NCBI GenBank assembly: GCA_021824625.1
Contig: JAKAKE010000181.1
Location: 5,209-69,208 of the forward strand
From: Bacteroidota bacterium
Lineage (GTDB): Bacteria > Bacteroidota > Ignavibacteria > Kapaibacteriales > UBA2268
DNA: 64,000 nt
Reading direction: 5' to 3'
Shown here: positions 1-9,713 of the stretch, in pieces
Layout: each line of letters opens with the position of its first letter
Numbering within the stretch: the first letter of the stretch is position 1
Notes under the pieces: model-generated
Seen by the model: the letters and a program-made list of their open reading frames with translations, nothing else
Databases searched by the model: none
Told to the model about the DNA's origin: nothing
Position numbers and translations under genes: made by a program

Positions 1-169
1 TCTCCCTTTTAAATGATACTAATTATCTAAATGAAAAAGAATATAATAGCTTAGATAGAGATAATACTGAAGTAATAAAAATTCTTATATCTACTATAAA
101 AACATCAAAGAAAAATCTTAAAAAAATAATTATTTACTATTCGTTATTCACTATTCACTAAAAAAAAAT

Positions 170-406
170 ATGGCGGAACCCTTATCACCTCAGAAATCAC
201 CTTATGGTATTGAGTTAGAACCTAAAGATTATTGGTGGTGTGCCTGCGGCAGGTCCCAAAACCAACCCTTTTGTGATAGCTCGCACAAAGGAACAGAGTT
301 CAAACCTGTTAATTTTACAATTGCTGAACAGAAAATGTACTGGCTCTGCGGCTGTAAAAAGACAGGGAATCAACCTTTCTGCGACGGCACTCATAAAAAA
401 TTATAA
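170..406 (+). CDS. CDGSH iron-sulfur domain protein (two CDGSH-type motifs)
   Basis: 78 aa with two copies of C-x-C-x(8-9)-C-D-(S/G)-(S/T)-H (CACGRSQNQPFCDSSH and CGCKKTGNQPFCDGTH), the signature of mitoNEET-like CDGSH [2Fe-2S] proteins. Confidence 0.75.
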   Translation: MAEPLSPQKSPYGIELEPKDYWWCACGRSQNQPFCDSSHKGTEFKPVNFTIAEQKMYWLCGCKKTGNQPFCDGTHKKL

Positions 407-443
407 TATCAAAAACTAAATCGAAAATGATTGAAGTGTATAA

Positions 444-1580
444 CTAAATTTCTGTTGATTTCTCAATTGGTTTTATTGGATAATATAAATTGAAAATTGT
501 TCCTTTTTCTTCGGAAGATGAAAAATCAACTCTCCCACCAAGATACTTTTCAGTCAGAAGCTTTACACTATATGTTCCAATTCCTCTACCCCTACCCTTT
601 GTTGAGAAAGAACGCTGGAAGAGTTGAAGCTGTACATCCTTCGTCATTACAGATTTATTTTTTACCCAAAAGCGGGCTTCATCATTATCAAGATAACATC
701 CAATTGTTACTTCTCCGTCGGGATATTCAGCTTCAATTGCATTTTTCATTAAATTTGTAATTACTCTTCTTAGAAGAACTTTGTCCGAAAATATAATAAA
801 GTCTTCCATGTCATCAGCGATTTTTATTTCGACATTTTCTACAAAATCATAAAATTCCACAAGACTTACAACCTCACAGATAATTTCTTTTGAACATATA
901 TATTTATTATCAAGAATTAGTGAATAATTTTCAGCCGCAATTAACTGTTTTTGAGCATTTATTTCTTCTAATAGCCTTGTTGCAGAAGTTTTAATTAATT
1001 TTCTGTATTTTGATAATTCATCAGGAAGGTCAATTTCAAGTATATCCATTATAGATTTAATACCTAAAGCAATATTAACTAAGTCATGAAAAAATGTCCT
1101 CTCAAGGACCTCTTTTCTTTTTTCGTTTGAAATATCAACGATAGAAAACATAACAAAATTCCTGCTATCAATTTCGATTGGGGTGGTATATACCCTAAAG
1201 TCAAAAGCAATCCCTGTCCCTTCCTGAATTATCCTGCATTCCTGAACATCTTTTACACCTCCGGTGGATGATATAATTGCTTTGTATGCTCCGCACTCAT
1301 TGCAGAATTCAGCGGTCCCGCAACCAAGCAAATTTTCTTTTGAATGTATGCAATTAAGAACTTCACCTGGCCTTTTCCCATAAACAGTATCAATTATTTC
1401 AGCATCGATTAGTCTTAATAAATTATTATTAGAATATATTATCTGCCTATACTCATTCAATATCAGTACAACATCAGGAACTTTATCTAAAAGGTAAGTT
1501 GTTCTATTATTGTCTAAGAAGAAGTTCTTCTGCTCATTAATTGTTTCATTGCTTGCTCTTTGATGTGATATTTCAATCAT
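444..1580 (-). CDS. cytoplasmic sensor histidine kinase with Cys-rich PAS-like sensor domain
   Basis: H-box FFHDLVNIALGI; C-terminal HATPase_c motifs (NLMKNAIEA, GRGRGIGTYSVK); N-terminal PAS-like region contains CIHSKENLLGCGTAEFCNECGAYKA; no TM segments seen. Confidence 0.8.
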   Translation of the reverse strand: MIEISHQRASNETINEQKNFFLDNNRTTYLLDKVPDVVLILNEYRQIIYSNNNLLRLIDAEIIDTVYGKRPGEVLNCIHSKENLLGCGTAEFCNECGAYKAIISSTGGVKDVQECRIIQEGTGIAFDFRVYTTPIEIDSRNFVMFSIVDISNEKRKEVLERTFFHDLVNIALGIKSIMDILEIDLPDELSKYRKLIKTSATRLLEEINAQKQLIAAENYSLILDNKYICSKEIICEVVSLVEFYDFVENVEIKIADDMEDFIIFSDKVLLRRVITNLMKNAIEAEYPDGEVTIGCYLDNDEARFWVKNKSVMTKDVQLQLFQRSFSTKGRGRGIGTYSVKLLTEKYLGGRVDFSSSEEKGTIFNLYYPIKPIEKSTEI

Positions 1581-1844
1581 GTTTTTTTATTATTTTCATA
1601 ATTGTTTTGAAATTAAAAGAAATTAATCCCCATTACAAAAATTAAAATATTTTATTTTAGTAAAACTAAATAATTGCATTCATTTTAAAATTATCTTATT
1701 TTTTAAAAACATAATTTACACAGAACTTAAAAACAATGTATTTAATTTTGAATAAATTGATAAATTAATTTGTTAAGATTCTGACTAAAATACAATTATT
1801 TATATATATTTTCTAAAATTTAATTTAAGGAAGGTTCGGTTTAT

Positions 1845-4325
1845 ATGAGATTAAATTCGATTAAATCTTTTTTACCTAAAGCAGTTGTGTCCATACTCCT
1901 GTTTTTAATGGCTTCGCCTATGTTTGCAAGTGAAGCAGAATTAAAAATTCCCGTTTTACTACCGCATCAATTCAACCTGTTATTAATAGGAATTGCTGTC
2001 TGCGTTCTTGGTATGATTTTCGGGATGTACGAGTTTTTTCATTTAAAAAAGCTCAAAGCTCATAATTCCATGCTTGACGTTGCTGAGCTTATTTTCCAGA
2101 CAGCAAAAACTTACCTTTTACAGCAAGGTAAATTTCTTATTCTTCTGTTTGCTCTTGTGGGTACTGCCATTGCAGTCTATTTCGGCGTTCTGAGTAAGAA
2201 CGAAGCAGGCCATACCATGGGATTCGGAGGTGTGCTTTTAATTCTTGGCTGGTCTGTTGTAGGTATCATGGGTTCTTATGCTGTAGCATGGTTCGGTATA
2301 AGGGTTAATACACTCGCAAACAGCAGAATGGCATTTGCTTCACTCGAGAAAAAACCTCTGAAGCTTTTAAACATACCGCTTCAGGCAGGTATGAGCATCG
2401 GTGTTCTTTTGATATGCGTTGAACTTATTATGATGCTTATCATTTTACTGTTTATCCCAAGGGAATTTGCCGGAGCTTGTTTCATCGGTTTTGCAATCGG
2501 TGAATCACTCGGTGCAAGTGCTCTTCGTATCGCAGGTGGTATTTTCACTAAGATAGCAGACATAGGCTCCGACCTGATGAAAATCGTTTTCAATCTCAAG
2601 GAAGATGACCCGAGCAACCCGGGTGTTATCGCTGACTGCGTCGGCGACAATGCCGGTGACAGCGTTGGCCCGACTGCAGACGGCTTTGAAACTTATGGTG
2701 TAACCGGTGTTGCACTCATCAGCTTCATTGTCCTGGCAGTGCTCCCGCAATACCAGGCTGAACTCATTACATGGATTTTCATAATGCGTATTGCAATGAT
2801 TCTCACTTCTCTCGTTGCATTCTACATTAATAAATTCATCAGCAAAATCAGGTATGGAGGAAAGGATGAACTCGATTTTGAAGTTCCGTTGACCATGCTT
2901 GTTTGGATTACTTCTATCCTTTCAATCATAATTACATTCATAATCAGCTACTGGCAATTATTCGGTTTGAAAGACCCGGCAGGTAATGCCACAAACCTGT
3001 GGCTGGTTCTTGCTGTAATCATAAGCTGTGGTACGCTTGGTGCAGCACTGATTCCCGAGTTCACAAAAATATTCACAAGTACGAAATCGAGACATACAAA
3101 GGAAGTTGTCGTAGCATCCCGTGAAGGTGGTGCCTCACTTACAATTCTTTCAGGACTTGTATCCGGCAACTTCTCTGCTTTCTGGCTTGGCATGGTTTTC
3201 TTCGCATTGATGTTCATTGCATACCAGGCAAGCACACACGGATTGAATCAATTCATGACTTATGAATCAATATTTGCTTTCGGTTTAGTTGCTTTCGGTT
3301 TTCTCGGCATGGGACCCGTTACGATTGCCGTTGACAGTTATGGGCCTGTAACCGATAATGCTCAGTCCATATATGAATTATCAATGATTGAAGGCATAGC
3401 CGGAATAGATAAAGAAATCGAGAAAGATTTTGGTTTTAAACCGAATTTTGATAAGGCAAAAGATTATCTCGAGGCAAATGATGGAGCCGGAAATACATTC
3501 AAAGCCACCTCGAAGCCTGTACTCATCGGCACTGCCGTTGTAGGTGCAACCACAATGATTTTCTCTCTCATACTTGTTCTAAAGAAAGTCATTCTTCCTC
3601 CGGGTGTCGAGCCTACTGCTATTTTGAATATTTTGAATCCATATACGATTCTTGGTTTCATCTGTGGCGGTGCTGTTATTTACTGGTTCACAGGTGCATC
3701 CATGCAGGCTGTTTCAACAGGTGCTTACAAGGCTGTCGAGTTTATTAAACAGCATATCAAACTTGATTCAAAATCTTCAGTTGAAAATTCTAAAGAAGTT
3801 GTCAAGATTTGCACTCAATACGCACAGAAAGGAATGTTCAACATATTCGTAGCAATCTTCTCATTTGCACTTGCTTTTGCGTGTTTCTCAACATCACTCA
3901 AACCCACTGACCCTGCAAATTTACATTCGGCAATGCCTGCGGCATTCTTCATCAGCTACCTGATTTCAATCGCAATATTCGGTTTGTTCCAGGCAGTGTT
4001 CATGGCTAATGCAGGCGGCTGTTGGGACAATGCAAAGAAGATTGTCGAGATTGACCTGAAGGAAAAAGGGACTGAACTCCACGCCGCTACGGTTATCGGC
4101 GACACAGTAGGAGACCCGTTCAAAGACACTTCATCGGTTGCATTGAACCCAATCATCAAGTTCACGACACTATTCGGATTGCTCGCAATGGAAATAGCAA
4201 TCGTTCCCGAATTTGTCAGTACAGCTCCCTATGTAGGCGGATTTTTCTTCGCATTAGCTTTGGTCTTTGTCTATAGGTCATTCTTCTCTATGAGAATACC
4301 ACCGAAGCCTGTAGGAGCAAAGTAG
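1845..4325 (+). CDS. hppA: membrane-bound proton-translocating pyrophosphatase (H+-PPase), probably K+-independent type
   Basis: 826 aa polytopic protein with the hallmark motifs GGIFTKIADIGSDLMKIVF, DDPSNPGVIADCVGDNAGDSVGPTADGFETYG and DTVGDPFKDTSSVALNPIIKF; the GNTFKAT motif has Lys at the K+-dependence position. Confidence 0.9.
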   Translation: MRLNSIKSFLPKAVVSILLFLMASPMFASEAELKIPVLLPHQFNLLLIGIAVCVLGMIFGMYEFFHLKKLKAHNSMLDVAELIFQTAKTYLLQQGKFLILLFALVGTAIAVYFGVLSKNEAGHTMGFGGVLLILGWSVVGIMGSYAVAWFGIRVNTLANSRMAFASLEKKPLKLLNIPLQAGMSIGVLLICVELIMMLIILLFIPREFAGACFIGFAIGESLGASALRIAGGIFTKIADIGSDLMKIVFNLKEDDPSNPGVIADCVGDNAGDSVGPTADGFETYGVTGVALISFIVLAVLPQYQAELITWIFIMRIAMILTSLVAFYINKFISKIRYGGKDELDFEVPLTMLVWITSILSIIITFIISYWQLFGLKDPAGNATNLWLVLAVIISCGTLGAALIPEFTKIFTSTKSRHTKEVVVASREGGASLTILSGLVSGNFSAFWLGMVFFALMFIAYQASTHGLNQFMTYESIFAFGLVAFGFLGMGPVTIAVDSYGPVTDNAQSIYELSMIEGIAGIDKEIEKDFGFKPNFDKAKDYLEANDGAGNTFKATSKPVLIGTAVVGATTMIFSLILVLKKVILPPGVEPTAILNILNPYTILGFICGGAVIYWFTGASMQAVSTGAYKAVEFIKQHIKLDSKSSVENSKEVVKICTQYAQKGMFNIFVAIFSFALAFACFSTSLKPTDPANLHSAMPAAFFISYLISIAIFGLFQAVFMANAGGCWDNAKKIVEIDLKEKGTELHAATVIGDTVGDPFKDTSSVALNPIIKFTTLFGLLAMEIAIVPEFVSTAPYVGGFFFALALVFVYRSFFSMRIPPKPVGAK

Positions 4326-4350
4326 AAAAGTATAATTTGATTTATAAAAA

Positions 4351-4381
4351 GCCACATCCAATTCGGGTGTGGTTTTTTTTA
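4351..4381 (+). terminator. rho-independent terminator of hppA
   Basis: GC-rich hairpin gccacatcc-aatt-cgggtgtggt followed by T8 run directly after the hppA stop. Confidence 0.7.
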
Positions 4382-4398
4382 ATTCTGAATTCTGAATT
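4381..4398. repeat. 18-mer aattctgaattctgaatt (dispersed motif, copy 1)
   Basis: Exact reverse-complement copy at 7208-7225; partial copies at 9679-9690 and 31795-31812, all immediately after stop codons/terminators. Confidence 0.6.
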
Positions 4399-4403
4399 GC
4401 GGT

Positions 4404-4427
4404 TGTCATTCCAGCGAAAGCAGGAAT
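4404..4427. repeat. hairpin motif tgtcattccagcgaaagcaggaat (stem attcc/ggaat)
   Basis: Variant copy catttcagcgaaagcaggaat at 4781-4800; related tgtcatgctgagcttgtcgaagcatcc at 4583-4609. Confidence 0.55.
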
Positions 4428-4537
4428 CAAACATTTAATAGCACACAGATTTTACTGATACAACTGATTTACACTGTTCAGTGATTATCAGTCTCATCCG
4501 TGTCATCAGTGTTCCATTACTCATGGATTATCCCTTC

Positions 4538-4587
4538 TTCTCAAATCCCAAATCGTTAATCCTTGTTCGTAAATCCTAATTGTCATG
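4538..4587. repeat. 50-bp direct repeat unit, copy 1 (ttctcaaatcccaaatcgttaatccttgttcgtaaatcctaattgtcat)
   Basis: Identical 50-mer recurs at 4734-4783; its reverse complement carries AGGATT/GGGATT motifs at roughly one-helical-turn spacing. Confidence 0.8.
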
Positions 4588-4733
4588 CTGAGCTTGTCGA
4601 AGCATCCATATCCTCAAACCAACATCAATTATTATTAAATATAACCTTGAATAACTCCGTAGGAGTTAAACGTTTGTAACAATGACAATACCCGATAAGA
4701 AACACAACTCCGTAGGAGTTGAACCTTCGAGAC

Positions 4734-4783
4734 TTCTCAAATCCCAAATCGTTAATCCTTGTTCGTAAATCCTAATTGTCATT
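4734..4783. repeat. 50-bp direct repeat unit, copy 2
   Basis: Exact duplicate of 4538-4587. Followed by the hairpin motif ttcagcgaaagcaggaat. The palindrome aactccgtaggagtt occurs twice (4652-4666, 4708-4722) between the copies. Confidence 0.8.
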
Positions 4784-4991
4784 TCAGCGAAAGCAGGAAT
4801 TTATAGCCAAAACCCACATCAAGTTAATCTCCCTTCCTTGGGGAAGAGTTTAGGGTAGGTGTAAAAAAATTCCTGCAATCCCTTAATCCACTTAATTCTA
4901 TTTCAGACAACTTGCGTCACTGGGTAAGAATAACCCCATGCTTCAGCATAGTTTGTACCTGTTTTAATATAATGAGATTTTAAAAATATAC

Positions 4992-6134
4992 TTGATTATT
5001 ATAACAACTTTCACTAATTTAAGGAGATTATTATCAATCAATCCGGTTACTTATATGAACTACTTTGATTATATTTTGCTTGCTCTTGTTTCAGTTTTTT
5101 TCATTATCCTTATCATGAATTTATCTGTTAAGGTATTCCCTCTTAAAAATAAAAAATCAAATGTTATTATTTCAATTATATTAATTCTAATTTCAGGAAT
5201 TCTCCTGTTATTAAATCCTCGAACTGGCGAACAAACGGATTTAACCGAAAAATATAAAACATTCCGGGCAAATATAAATACGAAGAAGACTAAAAGAAAT
5301 GAACCTGTTGAAAAGGCAATAAGAATTGTTTGCGATTATTATAAATATAAAGATATTACCGTAGTTGATAGTAATATCGTTTGGCTGGATTTATCTTCTT
5401 CAGCTACCGATAATGAATTTTATATTTCTTATTTTTATGATGACACGAATTATATTGATGTATTCACAACGAAAAATGGCGGAATCAGGAATTTATTTCA
5501 TGAACAGGATGAAGTAATTGATAAAAGATTAATGGCTAATCACTTTAAAATTGATAATCAAGCCTATTTTTTATATTCAGTTTCATCCGGAAATGCAGGA
5601 AACATGTCTTTTTATATTTACAAATATAATGGATTAAATAAATTGAAACAGGTTTTTCATTCCTATGATGAATTTTTCAATGGGAGATTTTGGATATCGA
5701 ACGATACAGTGTTTATTCATGGTAATAATCAGATTTTCATTATAATTCAAAAAAATAATATATTCAAATTGATTAATTATATTGAAAAAATTGTACTCGA
5801 CGGTAAAAAAGAACACCTGCTATCATACAAATTTGAGAATAATAAATTTGTAATAAAATTTGATAACAGGATTATAGTATTTACAAAAGGTAATGAGCCG
5901 GAGAGTTTTAATGCCCTGGACACAATTCCTTTTTCGTATGATAATATATTGGTTATAGATGATATTTTTCCGGGTAGAAAAAACAGTATGATTAGAACAT
6001 TGTATTCAAATGGTGATTGGGATTTATCCGGAAAGTATTACAGTAAATTCAAACCGTTAAAAAAAGGATTAGCAATAATAAATGTTGATGTTGATTATGG
6101 AGATTATTATTATGTACCATTTTTCATCAGATAG
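4992..6134 (+). CDS. hypothetical membrane-anchored protein (very AT-rich; start uncertain, possibly Met at ~5054)
   Basis: Long ORF with N-terminal hydrophobic segment (ILLALVSVFFIILIM); no recognisable motifs; composition much more AT-rich than the flanking hppA. Confidence 0.4.
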   Translation: MIIITTFTNLRRLLSINPVTYMNYFDYILLALVSVFFIILIMNLSVKVFPLKNKKSNVIISIILILISGILLLLNPRTGEQTDLTEKYKTFRANINTKKTKRNEPVEKAIRIVCDYYKYKDITVVDSNIVWLDLSSSATDNEFYISYFYDDTNYIDVFTTKNGGIRNLFHEQDEVIDKRLMANHFKIDNQAYFLYSVSSGNAGNMSFYIYKYNGLNKLKQVFHSYDEFFNGRFWISNDTVFIHGNNQIFIIIQKNNIFKLINYIEKIVLDGKKEHLLSYKFENNKFVIKFDNRIIVFTKGNEPESFNALDTIPFSYDNILVIDDIFPGRKNSMIRTLYSNGDWDLSGKYYSKFKPLKKGLAIINVDVDYGDYYYVPFFIR

Positions 6135-6342
6135 TAATTCTGTTTTTATAATAAAAAAATTATTAATTTGAGAATTCTAAATTCCTTCGTGTCCTTCGTG
6201 TCTATCTCTGTGCCCTTAGTCGTAAAAAAATTTTATTTCTCAATTTTCAATTATTTTAAAATCCTTTTAAAACAGTTTTCTTGACATATCATCCCTCCTG
6301 TATTAGTTTCCCTCCATTAGTTTTTACATCAAAGGAAATACA

Positions 6343-7104
6343 ATGAAAAAAAAGAGAATAATTTCTAAGAAAAAAATTATAAAGAAAAAACAATTCCAAA
6401 TGGCTTGGCAGCCTCAACCCGGAGAATCTTTAAAAGAATACTTTGCTTTCGAACGCTATCTCCTACTCGGTCCCGGTCGTTCCATTGTCGAAACTGCCCG
6501 TACTTACAGGCTTTGTCGCAATACTATTTCAAAATATGCATCCAGGTGGCATTGGGAACAGCGTGCCTTGCTTTATGATAGCACTCAATATAGATTTAAT
6601 TCCGAAACCATGTTAAAAGAAGCTGAATCTGCCCGTAATCTTCTACGCTCTACAAGGTCTGCTCTCGCCGCAAATGCTGGTAATGTTTTGAACCAGCTTT
6701 CTTCTGTCTTGAAAGATTTTCCTGCTTCCTGTGAAAATCCTCAGGTCACAAAAAGAGTTCGTTTCCTTTTTAACGTTTCCCGCACTATCGAAAAACTTAT
6801 TTCTCTAACTCGTGTACCTTATGAAGAACAATCGTTCATAATCAAATCCATTCCCGAAAATATTCCGCAGCCAAACCAAACAAATGAAAATTCTGCTACT
6901 CAGGAAATAAAACAATCTCCAGTAATTGAGAATAAAGAGGAAAGTAAGCCTGATGAAAATAATAAAGTTCCGCAGGAAATTGAGCAGGAAAAGTTCGTTC
7001 CTGCATCTAATTCTTACTTCTTACAACGTAAGTCAATTGTTAGTAAACTCGATAACTTAAGGGACAAACTTGAGCAGAAAAAAAATGACATCAAACTTGC
7101 TTAA
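6343..7104 (+). CDS. hypothetical protein with N-terminal HTH-like segment and low-complexity K/E/Q-rich tail
   Basis: SIVETARTYRLCRNTISKYASRW resembles transposase/resolvase/terminase-small-subunit type helix-turn-helix; Lys-rich N-terminus; no enzymatic motifs. Confidence 0.4.
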   Translation: MKKKRIISKKKIIKKKQFQMAWQPQPGESLKEYFAFERYLLLGPGRSIVETARTYRLCRNTISKYASRWHWEQRALLYDSTQYRFNSETMLKEAESARNLLRSTRSALAANAGNVLNQLSSVLKDFPASCENPQVTKRVRFLFNVSRTIEKLISLTRVPYEEQSFIIKSIPENIPQPNQTNENSATQEIKQSPVIENKEESKPDENNKVPQEIEQEKFVPASNSYFLQRKSIVSKLDNLRDKLEQKKNDIKLA

Positions 7105-7207
7105 AATGCCCATTTCTGCCCAATTTTGGCTCAATATAACCATCAATTATTTGTTCTTTGAAATCCTTTACGCCCTCTTTGTCCTTTGAGTCATTTGAGA
7201 ATAAAAT

Positions 7208-7262
7208 AATTCAGAATTCAGAATTTAATTATCAATTTTCAATTATCAATTTTCAATTATTT
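7208..7262. repeat. 18-mer aattcagaattcagaatt (reverse-complement copy of 4381-4398) followed by ~2.5 tandem copies of aattatcaattttc
   Basis: Direct reading of sequence between two convergent genes. Confidence 0.7.
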
Positions 7263-7814
7263 TTTCCATTTAATATTACATCCTATGCTCGGCTTCTGTT
7301 CTTGGCTTACAGGTTTTCCCGCGAGAATGTTATCGAGGGCTGAACGAATATCCGAACCTGTTACTTCCATTCCATTGCCCGGTCTTGAGTCGTCGAATTG
7401 CCCTCGATAAACGAGTTTCATGTCTTTGTCGAATATATAGAAATCGGGTGTACATGCGGCTTTGTAAGCTTTGGCAATTTCCTGTGTCTCATCAAAAAGA
7501 TAGGGGAATTTATAGCCGAGTTCTTCAGCAGTCAGTTCCATATTTTCAGGAGAATCCTCGGGATAATTTTCGACATCATTCGAACTGATGCCTATAAATG
7601 AAATGCCTTTTATCAAATAATCATTTGATAATAAGACTAATTCAGAATTTATGTGCTTGACATAAGGGCAATGATTGCAGATAAACATAATAACAGTTGC
7701 AATATCCGATTTCAATTCTTCTAATGAAAGTGTATTTCCCGAAACAGTGTCGAACGAAATGAAATCTGGAGCTAATGTCCCAAGCGGGAGCATATTAGAT
7801 GGTGTTTCTGACAT
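7257..7814 (-). CDS. thioredoxin-fold redoxin (AhpC/TSA-like thiol-disulfide oxidoreductase family)
   Basis: 185 aa; N-terminal LAPDF...GN.L.L, CxxC-like active-site CNHCPY, overall thioredoxin-fold pattern. Confidence 0.55.
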   Translation of the reverse strand: MSETPSNMLPLGTLAPDFISFDTVSGNTLSLEELKSDIATVIMFICNHCPYVKHINSELVLLSNDYLIKGISFIGISSNDVENYPEDSPENMELTAEELGYKFPYLFDETQEIAKAYKAACTPDFYIFDKDMKLVYRGQFDDSRPGNGMEVTGSDIRSALDNILAGKPVSQEQKPSIGCNIKWKK

Positions 7815-7901
7815 AATTTTCCTAATTCATTATTTAAATAAAACAAATAAAATCATTAATCGTGGTTTACCAAAATTTTATTTAAACAACCAAGAAAATA
7901 A

Positions 7902-9674
7902 TTGAGCAAACAAGAAGATATAGAATACAAAGCAATTGACCTGAAAATCCTGAAAAGGCTTCTGGTCTATCTCAAGCCATATAAGAAGTGGGTTGCAGTT
8001 TCTGTTGTTATAACTATCATTTCATCTGCACTTGCACCTGTACTGCCTTACCTGACAAAAATCGCAGTTGATAAGTACATTGAACCCAGGAATTGGAATG
8101 GTTTGGTTGGAATAATATTTATAATTGGTGTTCTTCTTCTTGTTAATGCTTTTCTCAGGTTTGTACTGACATACCTCATGCAATGGCTCGGACAGAAGGT
8201 TCTCTTTGATGTCCGGATGTCAGTATTCAAGCATATTCAATCGCTGAGCATGAGATTTTATGATACTAATCCTGTCGGCAGGCTCGTTACACGCGTAACG
8301 AATGATGTGGAAGGATTGAACGAACTTTTCTCACAGGGTGTTGTGATGATTGCCGCCGATATTATGCTTATTTTCTGGATTATCGGATTTATGTTCTACA
8401 CTAATTGGGAACTTAGCCTTCTGACTTTATCAGTCATACCGCTCCTGTTATTTTCAACCGTTATTTTCAGGAAAAGAGTGAGAGTGTTGTTCCATGACAT
8501 CAGGCTCAGAGTGGCTGAGATGAATACTTTTCTTAATGAGTTTATATCAGGTATAAACACTGTGAAAGTATTTATCCAGGAAGAAAATCAGAATAAAAAG
8601 TTTGACAGTATCAATTCTCAGCACAAAGAACTTTGGGTAAGAACTGTATTTTACTATGCCATTTTCTTTCCTACTGTAGAAATGCTCAGTGCAATTGCTC
8701 TGGGAATTGTTCTGTGGTATTCGGCAGGAAATATCCTTTCGGGAGTAATGACAGTCGGTATTTTGATTGCTTTCACACAATATGCGGAAATGTTTTTCAG
8801 GCCCATAAGAGACCTGACCGAAAAGTTCACAACCTTACAAAGTGCGATGGCATCAGCAGAACGAATACTCAGTATCCTCGATACGAAAGATATAGCAGAT
8901 GATAAGCCGGATGCGAAAGATATGCCGGGATTTCATAAGGCAATTGAATTTAAAAATGTATCTTTCAGCTACGATTCGGCAAAATGGGTTTTGAAGGATG
9001 TTTCATTTACAGTGAATAAAAGTGAGACTGTCGCAATTGTCGGTGCAACAGGAGCAGGGAAGACCTCAATCATAAATTTGCTTTGTAGGTTCTACGATTA
9101 CAATGAAGGTGAGATTCTTATTGATGGGACTGATATTCGCAGTTTAAATCAGAATTCTTTAAGAGAACATTTTGCACTTGTGATGCAGGATGTATATTTA
9201 TTTTCAAGAACTCTTGCCGAAAATATTTCACTTGGCAAGGAACAAGTAAGTGATAAAGATATACGAAAAGCCGCTATATCTCTCGGTGCTGATTATTTTA
9301 TCGAAAGGCTTTCATCAGGATACGAAACTGAAATGATTGACAGAGGCTCAGCACTGTCGGCAGGGCAAAGGCAGTTAATTGCATTTTGCAGGGCTTATGC
9401 AATGAATCCTGAAATTTTAATTTTGGATGAAGCAACATCAAACATTGATTCCGAAACTGAGAGAATAATAGAAAATTCTCTCGAAAAACTTTTGGAAAAT
9501 CGGACATCAATAATTATTGCACACCGACTGTCAACAATCCGCAGGGCTGATAAAATTATAGTACTGCATAAAGGAACAATCAGGGAAATCGGGACACACA
9601 AAGAATTGTTAGCGTTGAACGGCATCTATGCCAGACTATATCAGTTGCAGTTCAAAGAGCAAATAGCGGTGTAA
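7902..9674 (+). CDS. ABC transporter ATP-binding/permease fusion (MsbA/lipid exporter-like); TTG start
   Basis: Six predicted TM helices followed by NBD with Walker A GATGAGKTS, signature LSAGQRQLIAFCRA, Walker B ILILDEATSNID and H-loop IIIAHRLST. Confidence 0.9.
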   Translation: MSKQEDIEYKAIDLKILKRLLVYLKPYKKWVAVSVVITIISSALAPVLPYLTKIAVDKYIEPRNWNGLVGIIFIIGVLLLVNAFLRFVLTYLMQWLGQKVLFDVRMSVFKHIQSLSMRFYDTNPVGRLVTRVTNDVEGLNELFSQGVVMIAADIMLIFWIIGFMFYTNWELSLLTLSVIPLLLFSTVIFRKRVRVLFHDIRLRVAEMNTFLNEFISGINTVKVFIQEENQNKKFDSINSQHKELWVRTVFYYAIFFPTVEMLSAIALGIVLWYSAGNILSGVMTVGILIAFTQYAEMFFRPIRDLTEKFTTLQSAMASAERILSILDTKDIADDKPDAKDMPGFHKAIEFKNVSFSYDSAKWVLKDVSFTVNKSETVAIVGATGAGKTSIINLLCRFYDYNEGEILIDGTDIRSLNQNSLREHFALVMQDVYLFSRTLAENISLGKEQVSDKDIRKAAISLGADYFIERLSSGYETEMIDRGSALSAGQRQLIAFCRAYAMNPEILILDEATSNIDSETERIIENSLEKLLENRTSIIIAHRLSTIRRADKIIVLHKGTIREIGTHKELLALNGIYARLYQLQFKEQIAV

Positions 9675-9713
9675 ATTAATTCTGAATTTATTAATAAAAA
9701 ATTGCGAATAATA

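Noticed and set aside
497-760. 87-aa plus-strand ORF inside the histidine kinase gene
   Set aside because: It lies antisense to a motif-rich histidine kinase CDS and has no features of its own.
2381-4165. Several 65-95-aa antisense or alternative-frame ORFs inside hppA
   Set aside because: All lie within the strongly supported H+-PPase reading frame and have no recognisable motifs. They are shadow ORFs.
7222-7262. Tandem aattatcaattttc repeats and the gttgaatgttgagtg heptamer run at 19751-19790 considered as CRISPR or CRISPR-like arrays
   Set aside because: They are only 2-5 short, contiguous repeat units with no unique spacers of 25-40 bp and no cas genes. They are simple tandem repeats at gene 3' ends.
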